In this document: positions 26,213 to 37,400 of the stretch, piece by piece
Position numbering within the stretch: the first letter of the stretch is position 1
Layout of the letters: every line of letters starts with the position of its first letter
Assembly (NCBI GenBank): GCA_030535425.1
Contig: JAUNHQ010000006.1
Coordinates: 4,824 to 68,823 of the forward strand
Reading direction: 5' to 3'
From: Pseudomonadota bacterium
Lineage (GTDB): Bacteria; Pseudomonadota; Gammaproteobacteria; Burkholderiales; Burkholderiaceae_C
DNA: 64,000 nt
The notes under the pieces: model-generated
What the model was told of the DNA's origin: nothing
Database searches by the model: none
What the model saw: the letters and a program-made list of their open reading frames with translations, nothing else
Made by a program: the position numbers and the translations under genes

Positions 26213-28390
26213 ATGCTTGGATTCCCGCAGGCGCTGAAAAACCTTGGCGGCGTGGTGCGCGGCAAAGGAACGGAAACGTCGGACAGCAACCACGGCGAGA
26301 TTGCAGAAGGCTCTTATGTGATGCCCGCCGACAGCACGCGCGAAATTGGCGAGAAGAACATGGCGGCAATGGGTATTGGCAAGTGGGCCAAGCATGACGC
26401 CAAGGATGTGCCGGTGGCGCTGAGCAAGGGCGAGTATGTGATGCCGCCAGAGCAGGTGCATGCCGTGGGTGCGCAGGCGCTTGACGCGATCAGGGACGCC
26501 ACGCATCAGCCGGTGGCAAGAGGCTTGAGAAAGCCGGATGTGAAGCGGGCTTTGCTAGCCGATGGCGGGCTGGCGCAAGCGCCGCTGCCTGCTTTTTCCA
26601 GCGTAGACGAGGCGCGCAAGGCCATTGCGCAGATGCAGGCCGCATCCAGGGTGAAGATGGCGCAAGATGGCGCTTTGTCGCCATTCATGGCAAAACCAGC
26701 TCCTGCGCCAGCGCCAGCGCCAGCGGATGGTTTTCGCACTTTCTCCAATGCGGATGCGGCCCGCAATGAGCTGGCCCGGATGCATGCAACATCGCGTGCG
26801 AACATGGCCCGGTATGGCGCTTTGCCGCCTTCGATGGTGACGGCCAGCTCCCAGCCGCAGATGCCGCGTGAGCGCCAGTATCTGGCCGATGGCGGTCTGG
26901 CGACAGAGGATGAGTTGCGGCGGCAGCAAATGGCCGGTGGCGGCACTGCGCCGACCACGCAACGGGAGTTCCGCGCGCAGCAGCTGGCGCAGCAGCAGCA
27001 GGCAAGGGCCGCATCACGCGCAGAATGGATGGCCGACTACGACCGGGCCGCCGCGCAACAGGCTGCCGAGGCAAGGCAGGCGGCTGCAACGAGGCTGCAA
27101 AACTCTGTGCTTAGACCATACCGCGACCCGACCGCAGCGCCTGCAAGCCCTGCGGCATCTCCTCTTGGCGCAAGGGCGGGCGATGCTTTCATGCCTGCAA
27201 TGGATGTGGGCAAGCATGATTTCGGAGCGCAGCCAAAGCCATCTGCCACGGCGCAAGGCGTTTCGCCGCCTGCCGCGCAAGGCGAATCTGCCGGTCAATG
27301 GGGCGGCTCTTCATGGATCAAGCGGGCAGCGCCACAGCAGTTCGCCAGCGCTGCGGGTGAAAACCCGTTCGGGTTGCGTGTTGCTGGCGCGCAGCCATCT
27401 GTTGGCGCGCAAAGCGGCCAGGCCGCAGTGGCTTCAAGCGACGATGGAACAATCCGCTTTGACCGAGCCACGAATACCTACAGCGGCAAGAACATCGGCC
27501 CGGATGCAGCGATTGAAGGCGGACGGCAACTTGGCGGCTCGGTGAGCAATGGCGTGGATTCGGGCGCGGCCAGCGCGCAGCGCGTGGCGCAGATTTACCG
27601 CAGCATGGCCGCTGGCAATGGCGCTGGGCAAGGCATTTCTGTGCCCACGGTGTCGCGCAGCGGCAATGACTGGGGCGCACGAAATGATTTGCGAAGCGCA
27701 CGCATCAGCGCCAGCAGCATGACCAACCAGCCGGGATATGGCGGGATGATTCGGGGACGCCACATGATTGGCGGCGTGCAGGGCAAGTCTGCGGCTCAAG
27801 CTCAGTACGAATCTCTGCTTGCAGCCGATCAGGCGGCGCGCGGGGCGAATGCAACACTGGCGCAGGAAGGCATGCGTCAGCAGGGCGGCTTGATGCAGGA
27901 GGCGGCGCGCCAGCGCGGCCAGTTGCAGCAGGCGCAGATGCAGGCGGGCACTGAGCGCGCCAAGCTTGGTCTGGCCGAGCGCCAGCAGGCGGAACTCGAG
28001 CGCAATGGCGTGATAGAGCGTGGCGTGGCCGAGCTTGGCTTAAATCAGGCAATGCGTCTTGAGCAGGCGCAGCGCGACTACGACAGCGCCAGCACGCCCG
28101 AGGCGCGCGAGACGGCCAGGCAACGGCTGATGGCGCTGCAAGGCAAGCAAGCGGGCGGCGACTGGGTTGTTCACGTCACGCCATCGATCAAGAATGCTGA
28201 CGGCTCCATCAGCGAAGGTTCAGTGATCCGCTCCAACAGGCAAACGGGCCAGGTGGAGCGGGTGAATGTAGCCGCACCGCTTCCGCCCATATCCGAGAAC
28301 CCGCAAGCCATTGCCATCAAGAACAATGGCAAATTGAGCACTGAGCAAAAGGCCGAAGAGCTTCGCAAGCTGGGCTACACGGAAGTCTAA
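26213..28390 (+). CDS. Probable internal virion/ejection protein
   Basis: Ala/Gln/Gly-rich; GKGTETSDS...LSKGEYVMP motif; repeated LADGGLA. Confidence 0.6.
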   Translation: MLGFPQALKNLGGVVRGKGTETSDSNHGEIAEGSYVMPADSTREIGEKNMAAMGIGKWAKHDAKDVPVALSKGEYVMPPEQVHAVGAQALDAIRDATHQPVARGLRKPDVKRALLADGGLAQAPLPAFSSVDEARKAIAQMQAASRVKMAQDGALSPFMAKPAPAPAPAPADGFRTFSNADAARNELARMHATSRANMARYGALPPSMVTASSQPQMPRERQYLADGGLATEDELRRQQMAGGGTAPTTQREFRAQQLAQQQQARAASRAEWMADYDRAAAQQAAEARQAAATRLQNSVLRPYRDPTAAPASPAASPLGARAGDAFMPAMDVGKHDFGAQPKPSATAQGVSPPAAQGESAGQWGGSSWIKRAAPQQFASAAGENPFGLRVAGAQPSVGAQSGQAAVASSDDGTIRFDRATNTYSGKNIGPDAAIEGGRQLGGSVSNGVDSGAASAQRVAQIYRSMAAGNGAGQGISVPTVSRSGNDWGARNDLRSARISASSMTNQPGYGGMIRGRHMIGGVQGKSAAQAQYESLLAADQAARGANATLAQEGMRQQGGLMQEAARQRGQLQQAQMQAGTERAKLGLAERQQAELERNGVIERGVAELGLNQAMRLEQAQRDYDSASTPEARETARQRLMALQGKQAGGDWVVHVTPSIKNADGSISEGSVIRSNRQTGQVERVNVAAPLPPISENPQAIAIKNNGKLSTEQKAEELRKLGYTEV

Positions 28391-28426
28391 GCGCGCAGCA
28401 TATTCGATTGACTCCTTGGAATGTTT

Positions 28427-28452
28427 GCCTGCCATGTTGGTGGGCTTTTTTT
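28427..28452 (+). terminator. Intrinsic terminator
   Basis: GCCTGCCA-TGT-TGGTGGGC followed by T7. Confidence 0.65.
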
Positions 28453-28462
28453 CTGGCTTCCC

Positions 28463-28499
28463 TATAGAGTTCGACAACATGTGCTGAGCGATACACCAT
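28463..28499 (+). promoter_or_regulatory. Putative late promoter 3
   Basis: TATAGAGTT-N22-CACCAT upstream of the giant gene. Confidence 0.7.
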
Positions 28500-31400
28500 G
28501 CCTGGCATGGGACAAATCAGCGACTTTCTGAACGACAAAACGCCTTCTGCCACGCCGCCCGATAGGCAGAAAAAAGGGGCGATCAGCCAGTTTCTGTCTG
28601 ACGCTGCGCCGCCAGATCGCGGCATTGGCGGATGGGCACGTGATGCGGCAGCCTGGGGCACGAAGGCGGCCATTGCGGTTCCCGAGGCCGTGGTTGGCCT
28701 GGCCGATATACCCACTGGCGGGCGTGTGGGCAAGGCGCTGGAAGATGCCGGTGTCCGCTTCAAAGACGCACGAGAGGCCGCCAATGAATGGCACTCCGAT
28801 GCCACCAAGCAGGCGCAGCGCAAGTTTCAGGAGGCCGAAGGGTTTGGCGGCAAGCTGAGGGCCGCCATCGAGAACCCGTCCAACATCGCTGGAGCGATTA
28901 TCGAATCTGCCCCGTCCATGTTGGCTGGCGGCGTGGCCGCACGAGGCATTCAAGCGGCTACACGGCTTGGGCAGATGGGCACCAAGGGCGCTGTGGCCGC
29001 TGGCGCGTTGGGCGAAGGCTTGATGGGCGCTGGCTCTGCCGCCGAGCAAATCCGGCAGGAAAGCAAGGACGGCCTGCTGACGCCTGAGCAAACCGGCTAC
29101 GCCGCTGCGACAGGCGCTGCCACGGCGGGTTTTGGCTTGTTGGGCGGCAAGATCGCTCAGCGTCTTGGCGTTGGCGACGTGGATACGATGGTGGCCCAAG
29201 GCGCTAAGGGCATGGCCGATGACGCGGCCAATCCGCTGCTTACCCAGCAAGCGGCCAAGAGCATCCCACGCCAAGTCATTGAGGGCGCTATCAGCGAAGG
29301 CTTGCTTGAGGAGCTGCCGCAGTCGGTAGCCGAGCAAATCTTGCAGAACCTGGCGCTGGATAAGCCCTGGCATGAGGATGTGGATTCTGCCGCCGTCATG
29401 GGCATGCTCTCTGGCGGCGCGATGGGCGCAGGCGCGTCTGGTGTTAGGGCTTTTACGCGGGGAACGCCTGCGCAAGATGCCCCGGCAGATACACCAGAGC
29501 TTCAAGCCCCCGCCGAGCCGCAAGCCGATCCCCAAATCGACCTGCAAACCGGGCTGCAAGCTGATCCCCAAACCGACCTGCAAATCGCCCCCGATGCGCA
29601 ACAGGGCGCACCCGCCCCAGACCTGCAAGCCGATGCCCTTGCATCAGAGGTTGCCGAGCCTGCCCAAGCGGCCGCTCAAGATGAAGGCGTAGTCACGCAA
29701 GATGACGGTGCAATCACGCAAGGCAGCTATGAAGATGATAGTGGTGTCACCGAGGAAGCAGCCAATCAACCCGCCCCGATCAAGCCCAGCGAGGCCATGG
29801 GCTTGCGCGCTGAAGATGGCGCGCTGTCTGCCGCTGCGGTGCAGGCCGTGGATTCGGGCGCTTCGGCACAGCTGCAACAGGCTGCGGCTTTGAGCGAGGC
29901 GGCCAGCCAGGCCAAACCTGCCCAGAAGTCCGAGCGTTTCCAGCGGGCCAAGCAAGAGCAATCCACACAGAGCACGCTTGCCGGGCAAGTGCAGGCCGCG
30001 CAGGACACCGGCATCAACCCGGAAACAGGTGAGATTGCGGGCGCTCCGCATTTGGCCGGCATGACTGGCGAGCAGCTTTCGGCCATGTACCGCAGCGCAC
30101 AAGCGCCGGAGGTGCGGCGACAACTGGCGCAGGAGCTGCTTCACCGACGCCAGGTGCGCGAGCAGCAGGCACAGCAAAGCGAGATTTCAACCACGCAGAA
30201 AGGAACCAGCGATGGCGCTCAAACCCATCAAACCCAGCAAATGGCGGCGCAAGGAGAGCAAGCGCGAGCAGCGCAAGCGAGCGCTTTTGCCGCAGCCCAA
30301 GGATTTCCCGCAGCCGGAGCAGCTGGTGACGTTCAAGCCGCTGGGCTGACAGCAGCGCCCGAATCCGCGCCGGAGTTCACCACGCTGCAAAAAACCGATG
30401 GCGGCAGCGTGACGGTGCGCACGGCTGATTTGCGCGGCGGCGTGCAGAGCCTGGCCACGTTCACCGAGGACGGCAAACGCCGGGCACCGAGGGTGGACAG
30501 GGCCAGCTTGGTGCTTCCCGAGCAGCAGCAGGTTCAAGCGGGTGATCTGCCCAAACCCACGGGCAGCTTTGCCAACCGCATGCGCATGCTGGTGCGCACG
30601 GCGCTGGGCCGCAAGGATGGGAACAAGGCGTTTATCGAGATTGCGCCGGTGAGCGATGATGTGGCCGCGCGTGTCAAGACTGATGCTGGCTTGGATGTGG
30701 CTGGGTTCAAGCATTCCCTGGATGAGTCTGCCATTCGTCACATCATTGGCAGCCACGGGAATCAGGCGGTTGAGCGCGCTCGCGGCCAAGAGGCCATTAC
30801 GGAAGATGACTTTGCCAGGCTGCAAGAGGTGGTGGCATCGCCTGACAAGATCGAGCGCGGCCATGACACGGATGACGGAAAGCCAACCGTGGTGTTTCAA
30901 AAAAGCATTGGTGGCACGATGTATTACGTGCAGGAAGTGCGCAACCGCCGTGGCAAGCTGGCGGCGAAAACGCTGTGGAAGACCCGAGGCGTGCCACCTG
31001 CGGCAGCCGAAGCTGGCTTGGCGCATACGTCCGAAACGCCCGCTCGCAGCGCTTCCACAGCGCAGCCGAGTTTAACGACAGATGGCGGCACTGGCAATCG
31101 GCAGGCAGATGGCGCGGCAGATGCGCAGCCAGGGCTGAGCCGCGATGGCGGCCAGCGTGATGTGCCGCAGCGGCAAAATGCAAGACATGAGCAACGATCC
31201 AGAACCGCATCTGGCATCCCCGCAGGATTGCCAGCCCAATCAGATGCAGAGAGCCGATACCTTGAGCAGCGAATCAACCGATGGCTTGCCGCTGACGGAA
31301 ACCAAAAAGGTAGGTGGAGGGCTAATCGGATCAGCGCCGTATCGCTGCCGCACGCTCTCCGTCATGCATTGGCTCGATTCACTGACGCCACAGGAACGCG

Positions 31401-34400
31401 AGTCGTTCTATTCCGAAACCTCACCCCGCAAGTAGATGACTTCAATGGCGTCAACTTCCGCGATGGCATCATTTACATCAATGAAACCAGCCAGCACCCG
31501 CTGACACTGACGGCAGCGCACGAGTGGGTTCATAACCTGCGCAAGACGCACCCTGAGCTGTACCAGCAACTGGAAGATGAGGTGCGCAGGCAGGGCCGCC
31601 TGGATGCATGGCACGCCCGCAACATCCGCGAAGAAGGCATGGATCGCGGGCGTGACCATGCCATTGAGGAGCTGACGGCATCAGCGGTGTCGGACGCTAT
31701 GACCGACCCGCAGTTCCTGCAACGCCTGGCCCAGCGCAATCAGGGTCTGTTTCAGCGTGTGGCGCGGGCGTTTCTGGAGTTCTTGGACACGCTCTCCCAG
31801 GGCTGGCGCGATCAGGGCAGCAACCAGTACCTGCAAGATGTTGAGGCATTCCGCGACAAGCTGGCTGCCGTGCTGGATGTGTACGAGCGCCAGGACGGGC
31901 GCGCAGGCGGTGTGTCAGAGGCGATGTTTCAGCGCGCTTGGCACGGCACGCCGCACCGGGGTATTGAGGACGAAGGCTTCCAGCTGAACAAGATTGGCTC
32001 AGGCGAAGGTGCGCAGGCATTTGGCTGGGGCATTTACTTTGCCAGCCAGCGGGAAGTGGCCGAGGGCTATCGGGGCAAGCTGTCTGATGTGAGTTATGAA
32101 ATCAGCATTAATGGCGACGATCCTTACACCTACATTGAGAGCGAAGGCATTTGGCAGGATGAGCGTGGCAACCAGCTGGAAAACTCCGATGCGCTGGTGG
32201 CCGAGGCTTTGCGCCTGGATGATGTGGAGGGCTTGCGCGATGCGGTGCAAGAGGCGCTGGAAGATGAAGATGCGGACGCCGTGCTGTGGCAGGACAAAGA
32301 GCACGACCTGTCTGACGCTCAAGCCGCGTTGGAGACGCTGGACAACGAGCCAGATTTATTTGAGCTGAAAGAACAGCGCGGCCAGCTCTACCAAGTGGAA
32401 GTGCCCGAGGACAGCGACTTGCTGGATTGGGACAAGCCGCTGAGCCAACAGCCGCCCAAGGTGCGCGATGCGCTGCGCAGCCTGGGGGTGGATACAAATG
32501 AGCAAGCGCTGGCCGATTACGACGACGCCTTGCTGTCTGCGCTGTTTGATGACGGCCCGGCGCCCGGCAAGATGCCGCGCGACCCCAGCGGGCAGGATGT
32601 GTACCGCTCACTTGGCAGTCCGCAACAAGCCAGCGAGCGGCTGCTTGAGGTGGGTATTCCTGGTCTGCGCTATCTGGACGGAAACAGCCGTGGCGCTGGC
32701 GAAGGCAGCCACAACTATGTGATCTGGGACGAAGCGCTTCTGACGCCAGAGGCGGCGCAGATTCAGCCGATGTACAGCCGCAGACCGGCCACCAAGGCCG
32801 CCTATGAGGCGCGCATTGATGCGCTGTTTGCGGGGCAGAAGGCGGCAGGCCCAGAAAGCGGCGTTCGCGTGCTTGACCGCAGTGACGTTCTGGCAATGCT
32901 GGGTTTTGGCGATGGCCCGGTTCAGTTGGCTGAAGGCAAAGTCAAGGCCAGTCCAGATAACCACCCACACATGACGGCTGCCGTGTGGAAGAAAGTGCCT
33001 GAGTGGCTGGAGAATCCGGCAGCCGTGTTCGACAGCGACACCGTTCCTGGATCGCTTGTGTTGATTGCGCCCGAGTTGGTTGCAGGCGCGCCAGTTCGGA
33101 TGACTGTCAAGCCGGCCAAGGGCGGCGGCTCGCAGGTTCACATTCTCACCAATGCCTATGACGCGCACGGGCGCGCGCCATTTGGTAGGTGGCTAAGTGA
33201 CGGTCTTGCTTATCTGGTTGACCAAAAAACATTCCCGGCTGTTTTGGAAGCGTCTGGGCTGCAATTGCCCCGCACGGCATTCCAAAACAAACCGGGAACG
33301 CGCAGGATTCTAACCGAGAAGAACCTTGCAGGCTGGCGCAGGAGCAACAGCGCGGCGTTCATGTTTGGCGGGCAGCGGGCGCAAACTGCCAACCAGCATG
33401 CGCTGGATTCGGCCAAGGCGCGCATCGAAGCAGGTGAGGATGCTGAAGCTGTGCGCCAGGATACGGGCTGGCACAAAGGCACAGATGGCAAGTGGCGCTT
33501 TGAGATTGATGACAGCCAGGCCCAGTGGAACAAGTACGGCCTGCGCCGCAAGAACCTGACCTTTGGCGATGTGTACGACCGGCTGCGCGAGCGTGGCCTG
33601 TTCCATTCCGTGGGCAACCTGCTCAAGCATGACCGGCTGTTTGCCGCCTACCCGCAACTGCGCGGCATGCTGGTGACGCCGGAAACCGGGGTGGGCAATG
33701 CCAGCTTTGTGGAGGAGACAGACGCGGCCAAGCGTGCGCAGGGTGTTTTGGGAGAAGTCCGGATTCGTCGTGACCTACCACTGGATGAAGCGCTCTCGAG
33801 CATGCTACACGAGTTGCAGCACGCGGTGCAGAACGCAGAAGGCTTTGCCCGTGGCGGCTCTCCGCTCGAATTCTCTGACGACATGTTGCCGCAGGATGTT
33901 GTGCGCGCAGCGGAAGAAAAGCGCCAGCGCGGCATGGACATGATTGGCGGGCGCAAGCATTGGGACGGTATTGAGCTTCAGCGCGAAGCGAACCAGATGC
34001 TTGAACAGGCACGTATTGATGCTTACCGCAAGCTGGCAGGCGAAATTGAGGCGCGCAACACGCAGGCGCGCGCAGGGCTGAGCGCAGATGAGCGCCGCGC
34101 CACCGCCCCTTCGTCCACACAAGACATTGCCGATAGCGAAGCGATTGTGCTGTGGCAGGACACGGTTTTGCCCATGCCTGCGGCTCTTGCGCAAAGCCGT
34201 GACACAAATGGATTTGCACAGTCTGCCGCCGCCAGGGCCCGCGTGGCGCAGGTGCAAGAGCGCGTGAACGCCATTACCGCCAATTGGGCCAATGCGCCCG
34301 AGGTGGTGGTGGTGCATGACATGCAAGACGCCAAGGTGCCCAAGGCCGCGCGCGATGCGGATGCGGCGCAAAAGAGCCAGGGCGGCACGGGTGAGCCGCT

Positions 34401-37400
34401 GGGCTTTTTCCATGACGGCAAGGTGTACATCATCGCCAGCCAGACGCCGACCACGGCTGCGGTGCAGCAGGTGCTGTTCCACGAGGCGCTGGGGCACTAT
34501 GGCTTGCAGGGGGTGTTTGGCGAGCGGATGCACTCGATCTTGAACCGGGTGGCGCTGGCGCGGCGCGAGCAGGTCAAGGCCAAGGCCAGGCAGTACGGGC
34601 TGGATTTCAGCACGCCCAGCCAGCGGCGCATGGCGGCGGAAGAGGTGCTGGCCGAGATGGCCGAGCAGAACCCGCAGATGGGGCTGGTGCGCGAGGCGAT
34701 TGCGGCCATTCGCACCTGGCTGCGCGAGCACATTCCGGGCTTTGACAACCTGCGGGTGACAAACGACGAGATCATCCGCAGCTATCTGATGCCTGCGCGG
34801 CGCTTTGTGCAGCAGGGCGCGGGCCGGGGCGATGGGCGGCAGGTGAGTTTCAGCCGCCAGCCGCAGGGCCAGTCTGATGAGGACAAGGCGCGCATCTTGC
34901 AGGGCGAGCCGGTGGCAACCGTGCGAATTGAGGATGTGCCTGATGGTGGTTTTGCCGATGTGGTGCGTTGGGCGTCAGATTTGTTTTCCCGCCAAGGCGG
35001 TCAAGCGGTCAACCCGGTCATTGGGACGGTGTTGCTGAATGAGCAATCGGCTCGTGATGCGATGGGGCACGGTGGCGCCAATACCGCCAAGAAAGCAGCC
35101 TTTGCTGCGGTCAAGGATGTGATCGAGCGCGGCGCGCTGGTGATGCAGGCAGCGCATGGGCGTCAGGACAGCTTTTACATTGCTGCGCCGGTGAGTATTT
35201 CCGGGCGAGAGAATGTGGTCACGGTTCTGGTGCGGCGTGACATGAACACCCAGCGGATGTACTTGCACAGTGTGACGCTCAAGGAAAATCTCCTGAAGCC
35301 GAGCGTATCTGCTGCTGACGCCAAAGCATCCGAGCCACACAGCGCAACAACTTCAGGAGACGGACAAAGCATAGCGCAAAGCGTGCAAGGCCGCAAGGCA
35401 GATTCCGCCGAAGTGGCCGCGCAGTTGCAGCGCCTGTTGCGCATGGATGTGGGCGACACCCCCATGTTCCGCCGCAGCCAGCCCGTGACGGAATCGGCGG
35501 GCCTGCGTGCCATGAGCGCCAGCGCGATTGACCAGATCAACGCGGCTTTTTCGCACGAGGGCACGGTGAGCTGGTGGCACAAGACGATTGGCACGATGCG
35601 CAATCTGGCCGAGCGCTCGCCTGCGTTCAAGCCGGTGTTCGAGACGGCGCAGCGATTTATTGACGATGTGTCGATGCTGGCCAACGATGCGGCGGACATG
35701 GCCCCGCGCCTGCTGCCCAAGCTGGAGAGCTGGCGCGATTTGGGCAAGCGCCCGGTGAGTGCGCAAGACAGCAAGGCGGTGGCGCTGCCGCTGTTTGAGG
35801 GCACTTTGTCTTGGGGGCGCGATGTGGATGGGCGGGCGGTGCTGGCCGATGAGCTGGCGCGCAAGTACGCCAGCCTGAGCGCGGATGAGAAGGCGCAGAT
35901 GATGCTCAAGGCGGGCAAGCTCAAGCCCGAGGTGCTGAAGATGTGGCGCGGGCTGGAGGTGAGCGCGTATGAAAAAGCGGTGGACAGCCGCTTTGAGGGC
36001 ACGGTTTTGAAGCCAGGCGTGGTGTTCAGCGATGCGGAGCTGAGGGATTTGTTCAAGGCCACGCCTGAGCAGATCAGCCTGTACCGCGAGGCGCGCCGGG
36101 CGATTGACCGCTCGATTGACATGACGGCGCGGGCGGATATGTTGCGCGCCGCCGGGGATGACTATGCGCCGATGCGGGATGTGGTGCTGGAAGCGCCGAC
36201 ACTGACGGAGGCGGCCACCTTGCTGATTGAGTCGATGGAGGCGGATGCGAAGTCTGATGCCGAACGGCGTGATGTGCTGGCCGATGCGATGGAGGCCGTG
36301 CGCCAGCGGCTGGATTCTGCCGAGCGTTTGCAGCGTGAGGGTTATGCGCCGCTGACGCGCTTTGGGCGCTACACGCTGGATGTGGTGGACAAGGACGGCA
36401 AGCGCCTTTTCTTTGGCATGTACGAGAGCCGCCGCGAGTCGAACATTGCGCGGATTCAGCTTGCCAGCACCTTCCCTGGCGCGACGGTGACGCAGGGCAC
36501 GCTGAGCGAGCAGGCGTTCAAGCTGTTTGCCGGGGTGACGCCCGAGAGCGTGGAGCTGTTTGGCAACATGCTGGGGCTGGGCCAGGGCGATGAGGCGCAG
36601 GACAAGGTGTTTCAGCAGTACATCCAGCTCACCAAGAACAACCACAGCGCGATGAAGCGCATGCTGCACCGCAAGGGGATTGCTGGCTATAGCGAGGATG
36701 TGGGCCGTGTGCTGGCTTCGTTTGTGTATGCCAACGCGCGCCAGGCGGCTGCTGGTTTGAGTGCGGGTAGGTTGGACAAGGCGATCAACGCCATTCCGAA
36801 GTCGCAGGGCGAATTGAAGGATGTGGCGATGGGCTTGCGCGCGTACATTCAGGAGCCGCAGGAGGAGGGCCAGGCGATTCGCGGGATGCTGTTTGCGCAG
36901 TATCTTGGCGGCTCGGTGGCGTCGGCCTTTGTGAACATGACGCAGCCGTTTGCCGTGACCACGCCCTGGCTGAGCCAGTTTGGCGGCATGCGCCAGGCCG
37001 CAGGGCAGATGGCGCGGGCGCTCAAAGACATGGGCACGCGGGGCTTCAAGTATGAGGATGACCTTGCCAAGGCGATGAAGCGCGCCGAGGATGATGGCGT
37101 GGTGTCGCCGCAGGAGATTCACATGCTGATGGCGCAGGCGCGCGGATCGGGTTCGCTGCGCTCTGGCGATGGCACACGCTCTGGCAATGCGCGGGCGGCG
37201 CTGTCCAATACCTGGGAGCGCACGAAGGTGGCGTGGGGACAACCTTTCGCTTTGGCCGAGCAGTTCAACCGGCGCTCCACTTTCATTGCGGCTTACCGCA
37301 TTGCCAAGGCGCAGAAGATGTTTGACCCGGATGCGTTTGCGCGCCGCGCAGTGCTGGAAACGCAGTTTCTCTACAGCCGCGCCAACAAGCCGCGCTGGGC

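Noticed and set aside
35353-37242. Long antisense ORFs (also 49888-51981, 39172-40854, 23155-24474, 59655-61181)
   Set aside because: Shadow frames of GC-rich genes with no RBS or recognisable motifs
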